Shown here piece after piece: positions 12,569-24,886 of a stretch of DNA of 64,000 nt. The notes under the pieces were generated by a model. The model was given only the letters and a program-made list of their open reading frames with translations. It had not been told where the DNA came from and searched no databases. This stretch comes from Parasitella parasitica NRRL 2501 (lineage: Eukaryota; Fungi; Mucoromycota), in assembly GCA_025201805.1 (NCBI GenBank), contig MU619262.1, positions 225,068 to 289,067 on the forward strand. The letters are read 5' to 3'. Made by a program: the position numbers and the translations under genes. The stretch's first letter is position 1. Each line of letters opens with the position of its first letter.

Positions 12569-14778
12569 ATGAGTCAGCCATGGAATCAACTCGATGAGCA
12601 GCAAGTAGCAGAGACAAGTAAGTATTCTTTAAAGTTGGTAGTTTCACTTTTGATGTTTAGTCAAATCACTAGTCAGAGACAGCAGAGCAAGTCAACTGCA
12701 ATCCTGTAGGCAGCGTATAGCATTATTCAAAGGACTGCAAGTAGACAATTACGAAGAGAGAGTGCTGGCATTGGAGAAGATCATTCAAGTTGTCAGATCT
12801 TTTGTCCGCAGCTCGCTTTCGCCCAGTTCAAATACAACATCGCCTTGCTTGAGTGATTCGCCTGTACATATTTTACACCTTTATGATCAAGACGATGAAG
12901 AGTACAGCGAACAGCTTCTTTATTACCTGCTAACAATACTGCGACTGGCTTACACTTGTCCTTACTCTGATGTAAGACAAACATTCCAAGAAGCATTAAC
13001 TACCTTAAAAGTGAGTGCTATTTTTACTATGTGCATGTCATGGGTCATTTATGCAGCCTTATATATAGGAAACCGCAGGCATTGTTATACCAAAACCTCG
13101 ATATAAATCGCCTTCTCACTTTATTCCATTGTACGATATTTTCTCTCTCGAGTCAAGCACTTCCTCATCATCCAATCATGTTATTTATCCTCGTTCTTCA
13201 AATTTATCTTTTTCACCATGGTCTATAAACTCCTGTGATAATGATCAACACACTATACATACGCAACCGAACAACAGCAATCCAAGTATACCAAAAATCG
13301 TGCAGGATTACACGGGTGGAAGGCCCTCCGACGAATATGTGCGTCAAATGATGGTAAAGACTTTTACTGATGAAGGACGGTTAGCAAATCTATTTCGCAT
13401 CTTGTCTTTTTTCCCGACTTTTTATGAAGTATTCCACGTAACTTTTACCAAGTTACTCAAAGGGTCTATGGGTCCATTGAATCGCATATGGAAATCCTAC
13501 ATTGGGTTGATGGTAGCTTCAGAACAGCAATGCCAATACCTGGTTTCTGCCATGAAGATTGACTTTTTATACAACGGTGGTGATCCCAACTGGCTTATTG
13601 GGTTGGACTATGTGCCCAATAAATTGCGCAATATCTCTGCATTGATCCTGAAATTGGCACGACAGCCATGGCGCCTGAATTTAGATGATGTCAGCCATTT
13701 ATTGGCGGGAGGAAGCTTCGGTGATGCTTGGAGTAAAGGAGAACTCGTGCAGGTTACATTGATCATCGGTACCTTATTAGGTTTATCCAGCTTTATCATG
13801 GGTTGTGGAATTGTTCCTGAAATTGACATGACTGGTGGATTCGGTATTTCAGTCCAGCAACAGGTTTGTGGTGGCATTGAGACGGAATTGGATTTACCAA
13901 CGATTCATTTTGATAATGAATCACTCAGACAGCACGAATTCCAAACAGATCATGGTGCAGGACTGGGCCTATCAACTGCCAGTAAAGACTTGGCCGACAC
14001 GGAAAGGACAACCAAAGAGCTAATACATAGGTTAAAGGCTAAAAAGAATTGTGCCATCAAAGAGCAAATACTAGAAAGCTTTGAGAAGATGAAGATTTCA
14101 GACGATGGACCACCCAAAATAACTGTCGATACCAATTTAAGCCCTGAAACACCTAGCGAAGAAGATGATCATACTACTAGCGATATCATCAATGTTATTT
14201 TTGAAGATCTGCAGCGCTTTGTAGAACCAACGTTAAATGACAGCATTCAATTAGAAAGCTTCAATTCAGATACTGAAGAATACTTTATGCTGGGAGACTA
14301 TTGCTGGGAGGACCATGGATGTGATTTAGCCAACCATTACTTACCTGGCATTGGAGATGACCTAGTTACTGAATTTCAAGAAGCTCAAACCATCACGGAT
14401 TGGAGGTAAGAAAGCGCAGATTGCAGAAAAGCATGACATTTATAGCTATTTATGCACTGTAGCATTTTTCATCCTGTGGCGGAGGATATCGTGGATACAA
14501 CACCTCTAAGAAATGCAATTTGGTATTATACTCAAAAGATGATGGGTGTTACCAAAGAAGATTACACGTATGCTGATATTCCAACCTATTTAAATGATCG
14601 TACCACCCAATACATCCAGGATCTCTGCATGTCCCCGTACAAAATTCAAAAGTCTGATTGGGTCAACATTGGCATCGTTCTCCGCCCCGAAGAGAAATGC
14701 CATGTTAACCTGCTGGTAGCCTCTGCACGAAAACAAGCAGTTTTATGCCAAGGATTAAGCATAATTTCTGAGCTTTGA
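12569..14778 (+). CDS. SESN: Sestrin (PA26 family), 4 exons
   Basis: PSHFIP, QCQYLV, KLARQPW, WSKGELVQ, YCWEDHG, DTTPLRNAIWYY, EEKCHVNLLVASARKQA match sestrin motifs; introns near 12618-12672, 13011-13068 and 14406-14462. Confidence 0.88.
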
Positions 14779-14964
14779 GACGTCTTCTCTCGAGGTATCG
14801 ATTCACATGAATAAAACTTGACGGCATTTGAGTGAAATAGAACTCATTTATGTATAAATTGACCCATTTTCATTATCGTTTATATTTAGAATCCTTTCAG
14901 TTTAAATTAGTTTGTGTAATATTATGATAGTGATCATATAATCCAGAACACCTATATACTCCCC

Positions 14965-15019
<55 letters not shown>

Positions 15020-15066
15020 TTGTCTTTGTACATTTCATTCTTTTCTTTACGTTTACATATACAGAC

Positions 15067-16142
15067 ATGAAAATATCTTTACTTTTGGCTTGTTTTGTAG
15101 CCATTATTGCCATTTCCTACGTTCAAGCTGACGCCCTTCAAGATGAAATTGATGCTGCCTTGAAAAAATTTTGTGGTGGCATTGCCGTTACTGGCCCTAC
15201 AAAGGGACAAACATTTACCAACCCCAAAAAGATCAAGGTGACAGTCAGTAAAGTATCCCTGCTTTGTGGCTCTGCTTTATACTAACATTTCTTGTAATAA
15301 AATAGCCAGAAAGCCCAATGCTCAGGCCAAGGTTATCAACGGTGTTGACGTACGTTTATAATACAAAAACTATCACGTAGAATATGTTTATTCACATTTA
15401 ATACCATAGGCCTACTCTATCGACAGCAAAGGAAAGGCTACTTATCTCAACACTGTTTGGAAGGGTTCTTACAGCTTAAATGAGAAGGCTACGTTAACGT
15501 ATGGAGACTTGGGAAATCGCATATGCACGTATACTAATGTCCTTTGTCTATTAGTGTTGATTTAACAAAAGCAACAAAGGCCAAGTTCCCTGGACAATTT
15601 GAATTCCGGTAATTAAGCACTTGCCATATAATCTTTCGAAGGTATAACAGGGTTTTAACTAAAAATAACCATTGCATAGTGTTTGGGTTCACAACAAGGC
15701 AGGTCCCGATTGTACTTTGATGTCCAAGGTCTTCAAGGCCAAGTCCTCTTCTCATTCCAATGCCGTTGAAGAGTCTGAATACAAGAATTTGAGCGAAAAC
15801 ATTGACCGTGGATGTTTTGGTGTTGAATTAATTGACCCTAAGCTCGGTGGTAAAGTTACTGCTGATGAAGATTTCTCTGTCCAAATCAAGCGTGACACTG
15901 CTGCTCACACTGAATATCTGACTAGTCTGGAACTTTACAACATCAATTTGGAAACTCGTGATTCTAGCAAGGTTCATGTCTCCTGGACTGGTAAAGAAAT
16001 CATTAATAACATGATGAACATTAAAGATACCATTCCCGCCTCTGCCAAAGCTGAAAACACTGCTTTCTATTACAAGTTAAGCGCCACTACTCAGCATGAG
16101 GAGCCTTGCGAATTCTTTTCGCATCCTTTCTATCTCGATTAA
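15067..16142 (+). CDS. Secreted protein with two repeated beta-rich domains (hypothetical), 5 exons
   Basis: Signal peptide MKISLLLACFVAIIAISYVQA; four GT-AG introns give an open frame; repeats CGGIAVTGP...CTLMSKVF and CFGVELIDP...CEFFSHPF. Confidence 0.8.
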
Positions 16143-16579
16143 ATAGATCAAGTGAAATTTAATAAAACATGCTGTACATCTTTACTTGTTTAACTATTGA
16201 ATGGCACTGTAATTAGTTTCTGTAGACCATGCTAATTTATGAATTGTTCTTATTTAGCGAGTGAAAGTGTAACGTGGCCATGAGCACCATTTTTGATTAT
16301 TTGGATTTTTGAGCTCCTGTGAATTGGCTTAATCTTTAGAATTACATTTACAATAACTTTAGAAATTCTATGCCATTAAAATTTACAAGTCTAATTTCAT
16401 CTGATGATTCATTACGACAAGTTAAAGTGCATTTGAAGACAACAATGGTATCAAGAGCAAATTGAAGTTGTTGCCAAGAGTGTGATATAGAATAAAAATC
16501 AAGGTAAATTCCATTCGTCCATTAGTAATTGATCCGAGTAATATATGCTGTCGTTCACACACTGTTTTATTATTCACGC

Positions 16580-17592
16580 TTAATCCCAAATCAATTGGCC
16601 GTGTTCATTAATTCCAGCAGTAGAAGTGGGCAATTTTGATGATCTTTGTTGTTGGCCATTTTTACCCCAAGAGGTGTTCTTTCCTTTGCCAGAGGAATAG
16701 AATTCTTGAATTCTAATCTTTTCTAATTCCTTTTGATGTTTACGAAGTCTTTCCTCTTGTAATGCATCGGCAGTAGCCTTTTGCTGCTTCTTTTTTTGCT
16801 GGCGAGCCAAGTTTTCGCGCTGCTTCTTGTCTAAACCAGGAATATTGTTATCAAATTGGCCTGCGTTGATGGCAGCGTTTCTGTCGATAGAATTTTTAAA
16901 GGATGCATTGCTGGTTTGAGGATGACGACCTAAGTGGGATCAATTGAGTGCTAGGGCATCCAGTCATGCTCTTTATAAAACCTACTTTTGACTTGGCTCC
17001 AGCCTTCTTCGGCTGGAACAGCTTCCCATTCCTCCTCCTCCTCTTCAGCCTTGATGCGCATTACACGGGCATAATTGGCAGTAGGATCCATGTGATCGTC
17101 AATCTCCTTTACTTTTTCTAGCTCATCTTTCTCGATACTTGGTAAAGGCTTCTTGTCCTCCTTGTTCTCGATAGCAACATCATTGTCCTTGTCTTCTTTA
17201 TTGGTGGGCTCTTTCTTTTCTTCTTCTTTAGAAGAAATGGGTAGCGGGGCAAGTTCCTCCTTTTTTGCATTTTTTCTCTTTCTTAGTTGTTGCTTTTGTT
17301 GAGATTGTGCAGTATCCTTGGTTGTATTGTCTTGCACAGCATTGGAAGAGGCTGCTTTAGTCTTTTTGTTGCTTTTTTTTTTGCTGGATCTTTGTGGGGA
17401 TTCTTTTGAAGCTTCCAACAAGGCCTTCTTTTCCCTCTCTTCAGCAAGAGCCTTTTTTCGCTTTCTTGCCTCGTATTCGACATCATCTAATAAAGGCTCC
17501 TTGTCAGGCCCACCAGTTAAATACACAACAACCACAGGGAATGCAGCAGTCAGAATCCAACCCAGGATTCGAAGATATTCTGTAAAATCCAT
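16580..17592 (-). CDS. Hypothetical N-terminally anchored membrane protein with a charged coiled-coil tail, 2 exons
   Basis: MDFTEYLRILGWILTAAFPVVVVYL hydrophobic segment; intron GTAGGT...CTTAG (~16985-16930); C-terminus DKKQRENLARQQKKK...GQLIWD. Confidence 0.75.
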
Positions 17593-17859
17593 TTTTTTAA
17601 CCCGATAATGAAGAAGAGATTGGAGAGAGAGAGGGAGAAGAAGAAGAAGAGAAAACACGATACTCTGCACACCAAACGAATGATAAATGGCATCTCAGAG
17701 ATCGCCTCTTCAATGCAATGACGTGTAACATTAAAATCTGACTAAAGCAGTTGCCTCTCAAGACCAGTGAGCGACTTGCACTCAATTAGGCACAAAAGAC
17801 ATACATGCGCATGTATACGTATGTACTGATTCTATTATAATAGTGAATGTATGGTATAG

Positions 17860-19018
17860 TTATTGTTCTCGAACTGAAGGCTGCTCTTTGTCTCGCTCAG
17901 ATGTTGACTGAGACCGGGGGCGAGGTAAATAGAGGCCATGAGCGTGTATGTAATCAATGACAGGATTAGGCAGCAGGTATTTGATTGACATGCCTCTTTT
18001 CACAAAAAGTCTAATCTTTGTTGAACTAATGTCGTTGTGAATCAACTGCTTGATGACAGTAACGTTCATCTGATTGAGAAATATTAGCTACAGGTGCACC
18101 GCGCAGTGCAGACTTTACTCACTCTATGTTGGTACAATATATCGTGCGATAATAAAAACCCATACACATCCGTGCCTGTTCTCTCGATAATGACGCTACC
18201 ATAATGACCTACAATATGATGCAGCTTTTGACACTCTATTAGACGGCCAAGATATGCACTAGAACCAAGACAACTTACATCTTCAGGCGCCCAAACACCA
18301 GGATGGCCAAAAGAGGCTATCAAATCACCACCAGCCAACAGCATGATTCGAATCGTGCGTCTCTCGCCTTGAAAATGCGCATCATGAATACTGTACTCTT
18401 AGGTCAAACGAATACCTCACATACCTGATGCTGTCAAAATCCCGCCGCCGACAGTGTTCAATTCATGATCGAAATGGTCAAGCACAACGGCGGTTCTCTG
18501 GTACGTTGTCTGACGTGGTTCCCATGAATCGACCATCAGCCAATCCGACGTTGTTTCCACAGCCAATTGACACATTTTTACACGATCCTCTGCTTTTGCT
18601 AATCCTTCCTTCATATAGTAATCAGAAACAGGAGAATAATACCCAGTCAGCAATTCGAATTCATTTCTTTCCTTGAAATGATCTTGAGCCATTTCTGTTT
18701 TTTTTTTTTTTTTTTTTTTTNNNNNNNNNNCAAGTTAAATGTTGTCAGTCGTCCAGAAATAAGCTTACCGAACATTCTCAAATGGAGATAAGTGACAGGC
18801 GAGAATGAGCCACATGCAACTAAAACTAGAGGGATTTTGCTGTCATCTACAAGATACGTTAGTTGCCAGAAGGTTTCCTTCAAAAAATCCCACTTGCCTT
18901 TCATCACTGTTGGTAAAAAATGGCGAGGAAATTCATAAGCTGCGTTGAATGAAAGAGGAGATAATTCGTACGGTGTCGATACTCTAGTGATTGAAGTTAT
19001 ATCCTCGCTAGGCTCCAT
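17860..19018 (-). CDS. NMA1: Nicotinamide/nicotinate mononucleotide adenylyltransferase, multi-exon (N-gap lies in an intron)
   Basis: ACGSFSPVTYLHLRMF, YYSPVSD, WLMVDSWE, LLAGGDLI, NDISSTKIRL. Confidence 0.93.
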
Positions 19019-20322
19019 TCTTGTAAAGTAGGGCAGTAGTGTATATGAATTACTGGAAGAAAAAGGGAAATATCGTATGGACGCCCATTAATCTTTCTAA
19101 ATCAGCTGAGAAATCAATTTTATGAATTTTCCCGCAATTATGGTACGAAAAGATTTTACATCTTTAAAATAGTAGTATCAAGATCTTGGTATAAAATAAT
19201 TGGATATTTTGGCGTCAACAGTATAGCAGGAGCTTTATCAATGCCATGTATTGTAACTGCTTGCGATTGAATCAAGCAGTTTGCTAATTTATATGAGGTT
19301 CAAGCCTGGTATACATTTTGCCTTAGATGAAACCTGCTCAGAGAAAAAGATGGATATAATAAGCCTCCTTTTTTTTTTATCTTTTAGATGTGCTAAGTAC
19401 GAATATTTTTCAATGTTGTAAGAATGCGCTGTCAAGCATGCAGCAGTATATCTTTTATCAGGATTGAGGTAAGGTTATCATGTACCGAATGTATACAAAT
19501 ACGTAAATACAATGCAATGATGATTCAAAGATATATGAACTTTGCAAGATTTGTGTAAAGCATTGTAATTTTATTGAACAAAGATGATTACCATGGATTA
19601 GCAATTTTTCACCAAGGTGTGTATTAGTCGAATACGGCCAATAAAATACAATTTAAGACAAAAAAGAAGCATATTAGTCGGAATAGCCATTTTAGTCCGA
19701 AATTGATATCAATTGCCTTTTTAATTAACGGTGAAAAGAAACCACATTTTACTTGAAATGTCTACCATTAGATGCACAGTTAAATGTTCTGCGACAGTTT
19801 TCAGAGCAATTATTAAAATTATTAATGAAAGAGTGGAGAAATTCATTTTTCTAATAAACCGAGTCTTGTCAGAAGATTAAAAGTGAAAACAAGGCATTAA
19901 ATGTTTGGAAGAAGCATTCCTTTAAAAGAGGTGAGGTCATGATCCAATCGCATACATAAGCTAAATGCTAATTTCATCGTATGCTAGATGAGCTCTATAT
20001 TGTCTGTACAAGATTGATACATACTGTCAGATTGCACAGTTTAGTTTTACTCGGCAAAGGACCCGATGCTGACATTTCATCACTATAAGTATTAGAACAA
20101 ACACACTATGACACAGCAAGAAAAAGAAAAGGCAATTGTGTTTGAACGATGCACTAATAAAGGAGGAATCAGCTTTTTGCCGTAGCTGTCGCAATCTCGG
20201 GGGCGGAAAAGTAAAATAAAACCAAAATATTGTGGAAATTTCAAAAGCGTTCCTCTTCCTTTTTGTCATTATTATTCTTCTTTTTATATATACATATCAA
20301 TCAACCCTTCGTATTGTTTAAA

Positions 20323-21106
20323 ATGGCAAAAGGTAAGGTTTCCTGATATTGGGTTAATAAAATAAGGGGGAGGGAAATTGTATAAAGAACAAAGCGGGAA
20401 AGGATAATGTTAAATTACGACTTTGCGAAAAAAGACAAAAAAGAAACACCAAGAGGCGGCTGGGTGTTAGCCAACATGTTTCCACAAGTTTTATGCTAAT
20501 ACGCGTATTATTTCCATGATAGTTCCTCGCAACTTTCGTTTATTAGAAGAACTTGAAAAAGGTGAAAAAGGAATTGGCGATGGTGCTTGTAGCTATGGAT
20601 TAGCTGACGACGACCTTCTTATGCACAAATGGCATGCTACTATCCTCGGTGCTCCTCATGTAAAAAACCAAGGATAATTAGACCACCACTCAAGACTACA
20701 AACTGACGTATTTATATTGTTTATTATAGTCAGTCCACGAGAATCGCATCTACAGCTTAAACATATGTTGTAGTGATGATTATCCTGACAAGCCTCCTTT
20801 GGTTCAATTTGTATCCAAAATTAATTTGCCTTCGGTCGACCCTAAGAGCGGAAAGGCAAGTTTGAATAGAAAAAAAAAGGGGGGGGGGAAGAGAATAAAT
20901 GCTGATTACGACCATGAATAGGTTGATTGCGCTCGTTTGCCTTGCCTTGCCCAATGGAAGCACAACTATACAATTGAGACTGTCTTGACTGAATTGAGAA
21001 GGTATGAGGTACATTTGAATGAATGTCAGATTCTGATTGACTTTGTAGAGAGATGGCTACTCTTGGACGCAAGCTGCCTCAACCCCCTGAAGGTGCAACA
21101 TATTAA
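20323..21106 (+). CDS. MMS2: Ubiquitin-conjugating enzyme variant Mms2/Uev1, 5 exons
   Basis: [20 protein letters not shown]...HENRIYSL...[12 protein letters not shown]; includes a GC-AG intron at 20856-20921. Confidence 0.93.
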
Positions 21107-21536
21107 TCAATACTATACACATCAACATGAATACTTGAAATAAACACATTTTTATACGCTAAGCGAGAGCTTGAGATTGCATACATGTCAATGGACACCC
21201 CCAAAACAATAGAGTGAAAGGGGAGCTCACGTTTTCACAATGGGTGTTCACCCTTTGCCATTATTTCAGACTACACAGATTTATTCAAAACTTGACCTCT
21301 CTCATTGAACGATTGAACTGTTTTTGCGATTAAATGAATTTTATTGTGTTTTGGTTTGATATTTATATATATAAAAAGTTTTGGGGTAGGAGACATATTG
21401 GGAATTTAATACACATATATGTTTAAATGTATGAACACAAGATTTTTGGTTGTTTGTTGTTGTTGTTGTTGCTGACTATTTACAGTTGTATGTGTGTCAC
21501 AAGATGATGAAACAAGAAGGAAGCAGGAAGCCATCT

Positions 21537-21728
21537 TCAGACCCTTTGTGCTGAAGAGTCCATTCGCTGCTCGTATGAAGGGACAGCTTTTCTTGCTCCA
21601 CGATAGTTGATACGAACTTCATGCATTAAAGGGCTTGCTGCCAATTCAGCATCAAACACAGGTAAAGCCTGGCCAGTCGCAATGAATGTTATCAAGAATA
21701 AAGCAGTAATTTGGAAAAGACGGTTCAT
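21537..21728 (-). CDS. Small secreted peptide (63 aa, hypothetical)
   Basis: Signal peptide MNRLFQITALFLITFIATGQA|LP; ATAAATA element and pyrimidine-rich leader upstream. Confidence 0.6.
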   Translation of the reverse strand: MNRLFQITALFLITFIATGQALPVFDAELAASPLMHEVRINYRGARKAVPSYEQRMDSSAQRV

Positions 21729-23342
21729 TTGGAATATAAGAAAAGAAAGAGAGATATCTGTAACAATTTCAAATTGGGGTGAGTATTTATGTGGTTGCTA
21801 TGTGTAACAAACACCTATAAAAGGGAGCCTCCCCTCTCAAGTATCACAATCTATACTCATGACGCGCCACCTCTGGCTTGCCAGACGATGTGACTCAACC
21901 GTTAATGTTTTTCAATGAATGCATGATTCAGTCATTTGTAGGATTCGTGTAAAAAAAACGTGATCATTTCTTACATACCGACTACAAAGATACGATTTTT
22001 TTTATAGTATCAAATCTTGAAAGACGATGCCCGGAAACTTATTTCCGAAGGTTAGCAGTGGGACAATATGTACCGTTGTTATTACCCACTCTCAGTACGA
22101 ATCATTTATGGATATTAGGCAAACTTTACTTTTCAAAATTGATAAGAAATTTCAATGCTATCAGATAATGGCCATTTACTTTGATAATATCACAGCATAT
22201 ATACCCTATGATCCTTACGCATCTCATTGTACTGTATGGTAATCGCCTCCTATGCAATCTACCTGTAATGTACGTATGTCTTAATCCTAAAAAGGCACAA
22301 TTACACTCATTATGATGAAATGCAACAAAAGGGGTAAATTGTCTGTTGTTTGAAGAAAATGAAATACGGCGTAAGCTCGCATTAGTCACAGTTTGATTCA
22401 GCTCCTTTTTGTTCCGTGATGAATACAAACTATCAAGGTATTAGATTAGTCATTGGTTCATGTACGACGAACAGCTTTTCAATGCCCCAGGTTACTTTGT
22501 ACAGACCTCAACTTTTGATATTGTTGTGCTGATGGCATATTCTTGGTTGCTTTCTCAACTTTTTGATTTTAAATATTTCTGTAAAACCTTGGATTGATTG
22601 GCCATGTACGTAAGCCTTATTTACAATCGCAGTGTTTGCAAAATGTTATTTAGGGTGAGATTAAGTTGTGGAATAACATGTCTAATATGCGGATAATTAA
22701 TATAATACCAACTGCTTGCTTTTATTTGCATTATTGTTATCAAACCTAAATATGAATGTTTATCCATATTATTTATTATTTAATCGATCTGACCAACGAT
22801 AGTCCAGGTATGAAAACAGTGTTGTTATGGCAGAGCTGCATCTTAATATTGACAAAGCAGACTTGGCAATGAAAAGAATTTGAAGCGCAAAATGCGTGGA
22901 AAGTAGAAAACAATGAAATCCTTGGCTTCCTCGTATATATCGGTGCACGTTTCAAGTCGTTTTTGGGATGTTTTAGGACGGTTCAAAAGCGGCTTGAACC
23001 AAGTAAAATTTAGATGATAATCGTCATATAAAACTAGCTGAAATTGAAGCCATCGATAGCATATGTCAAGAGCGTTGTACGTCTGCTACCTAAGCATTAA
23101 CTTTGAAAATACAAGTGGCAAGGTTTAAAATAATCATGAGATGTCTATATTAAAAAAAAAACTGATTCTAATCCATGGCAGATGGCAGAAGCTAAAACTT
23201 GAAGCTGATTTAATTAGAGTTGCTGTGTTCTCGTCTTTAGCCAAAAGATTGTTACGAGGATTGAATGTGACCTTTTTTAAACTGGAAGCCTTGATTCATC
23301 TTTGCAGCAATCCACGTCTTTTGTTTTTTCAAGACTTGGAGT

Positions 23343-23957
23343 ATGGCATCACCTGGAGAGGCAGCATACAAATTGGCCAAAGAAGCAAAACGCTCGGCAG
23401 ACTTGACGGTTGCACCATACAATGACGACCTCGTTCAGAGCATTTGCCGAGAGATTCGACTTTTACACAATAGAGCCAAAGAAACTGTCAACACGATGAA
23501 ATCAGACGAATCAGGCACTGCAGTGAACAATCCAAGCAATATGTCGCAAGTCATGCTGTATCATTTATCGGTAAAACGAAATAAAAGAGTACTGTTTGCG
23601 TATCATCGGCAACGGGTGAATAAACTGAAAGATATCCTATGGAACGTTGGCTTAAACTCAAAGTATCGCAGGGAAATCCTTGCCAGTTTAGGACCAAATG
23701 AACAGAAATTTCTAGATGAATATGGAGAATTAGTGAATTCTTATAAACAAAGCTTCTTGGAGGTGGACATTGGTGGACCCAGTGGAGGCGGATTAGATCC
23801 ACCCGTTGATTTGTTTATTGAAGTGCGTGTTTTGCGAGATGCAGGAGAAATCAACACAGAGTACGGCTCACTAAATCTGTCAAAAGGAAACCAGTTCTAT
23901 GTGAAAAGAACCGACGTTGAATCATTGATTAAAGCTGGATATCTCGCCCATGTATAA
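23343..23957 (+). CDS. PSF1: GINS complex subunit Psf1
   Basis: KRNKRVLFAYHRQR and PPVDLFIEVRVLRDAGEINTEYG motifs; single exon. Confidence 0.93.
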   Translation: MASPGEAAYKLAKEAKRSADLTVAPYNDDLVQSICREIRLLHNRAKETVNTMKSDESGTAVNNPSNMSQVMLYHLSVKRNKRVLFAYHRQRVNKLKDILWNVGLNSKYRREILASLGPNEQKFLDEYGELVNSYKQSFLEVDIGGPSGGGLDPPVDLFIEVRVLRDAGEINTEYGSLNLSKGNQFYVKRTDVESLIKAGYLAHV

Positions 23958-24026
23958 ATAAGCAAAAATAACAAAAATAAAATATCCATCACCATTGTAT
24001 GTAGTTTTTATTATGTATACATGTGT

Positions 24027-24614
24027 TTACTCTTCGGCTGCTGTTAAGGGCTGTTTAAAGAAATCCTTTTCGTGCTGTGTCTTTTCCTCTCTTGTCTTGT
24101 TGGCAAACCCTCCCTTTAATCCGCCTGAAGCCTCGTACGCATACATGGTAGCTCCAACAGCAGCGCAACCAGCGCACATTTTGGCAAATGAGTGACCTAC
24201 GCAAATGTCAATATGCTGCTTTGGCTGATGCTCGACGCTTAAAAAAAATAAAAAAAAATAAACACTCACTCTTGATGCCAGCCAACATGCCAGCTGCACA
24301 GCCACCAACAGCAGCGTTGATGGCATCATCTTGCTCACGAATACCCTTTGCTGCACACTCGCCAAGAGAGAAAATACCGCCCATAGCAGCTGTTTTCATA
24401 CAATTAGTTGAAAATGCCATGTTTTCGCTTTTTTTTTTTTTTTTTTTCTATTACCAAAGAAAGCAATAGTGCCACCAGTTCTAGTGAAAACACCTCTAGC
24501 GCCAGTTGTGTGCTTTTGAGCTGTGTTTTGCATAGTAGATACAAAAAGACCGATACCGCCTGCAATACCAGCGGTTTTACCAGCTTCAACAATGCAATCC
24601 TTCGAGTTGGTCAT
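24027..24614 (-). CDS. NDUFA11: Complex I subunit NDUFA11 (Tim17-family), 3 exons
   Basis: GARGVFTRTGGTIAFF|AAMGGIF...IREQDDAINAAVGGCAAG is typical of the fungal 21.3-kDa subunit. Confidence 0.82.
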
Positions 24615-24886
24615 ACTTTTTTGATATTAGTTTTTTTTTTGTTTAGGTACAAGGAAATCAAAAATTTAAACAGAAAGAAGCGGGGTGATTCAAATTGGAA
24701 GCAGCCAACCCCCTCCCTCACCATTAAAACAGAATCATAGAGATTCTTAGGAATACGTCACTGGGTCTATTGATCATCCGAAGCTGCTAGGGACACACTA
24801 CATCCAACTCTTTTTTGTCTTCCATTCAAGAGGCGCAGAAGGCTGCGAAAAGCTTTTTTCAAGTTGTTTATAAACATTTTTTCATC

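Noticed and set aside
20333-20522. Long (190-nt) first intron of MMS2 as a snoRNA host
   Set aside because: No convincing C/D or H/ACA box arrangement; it is simply purine-rich.
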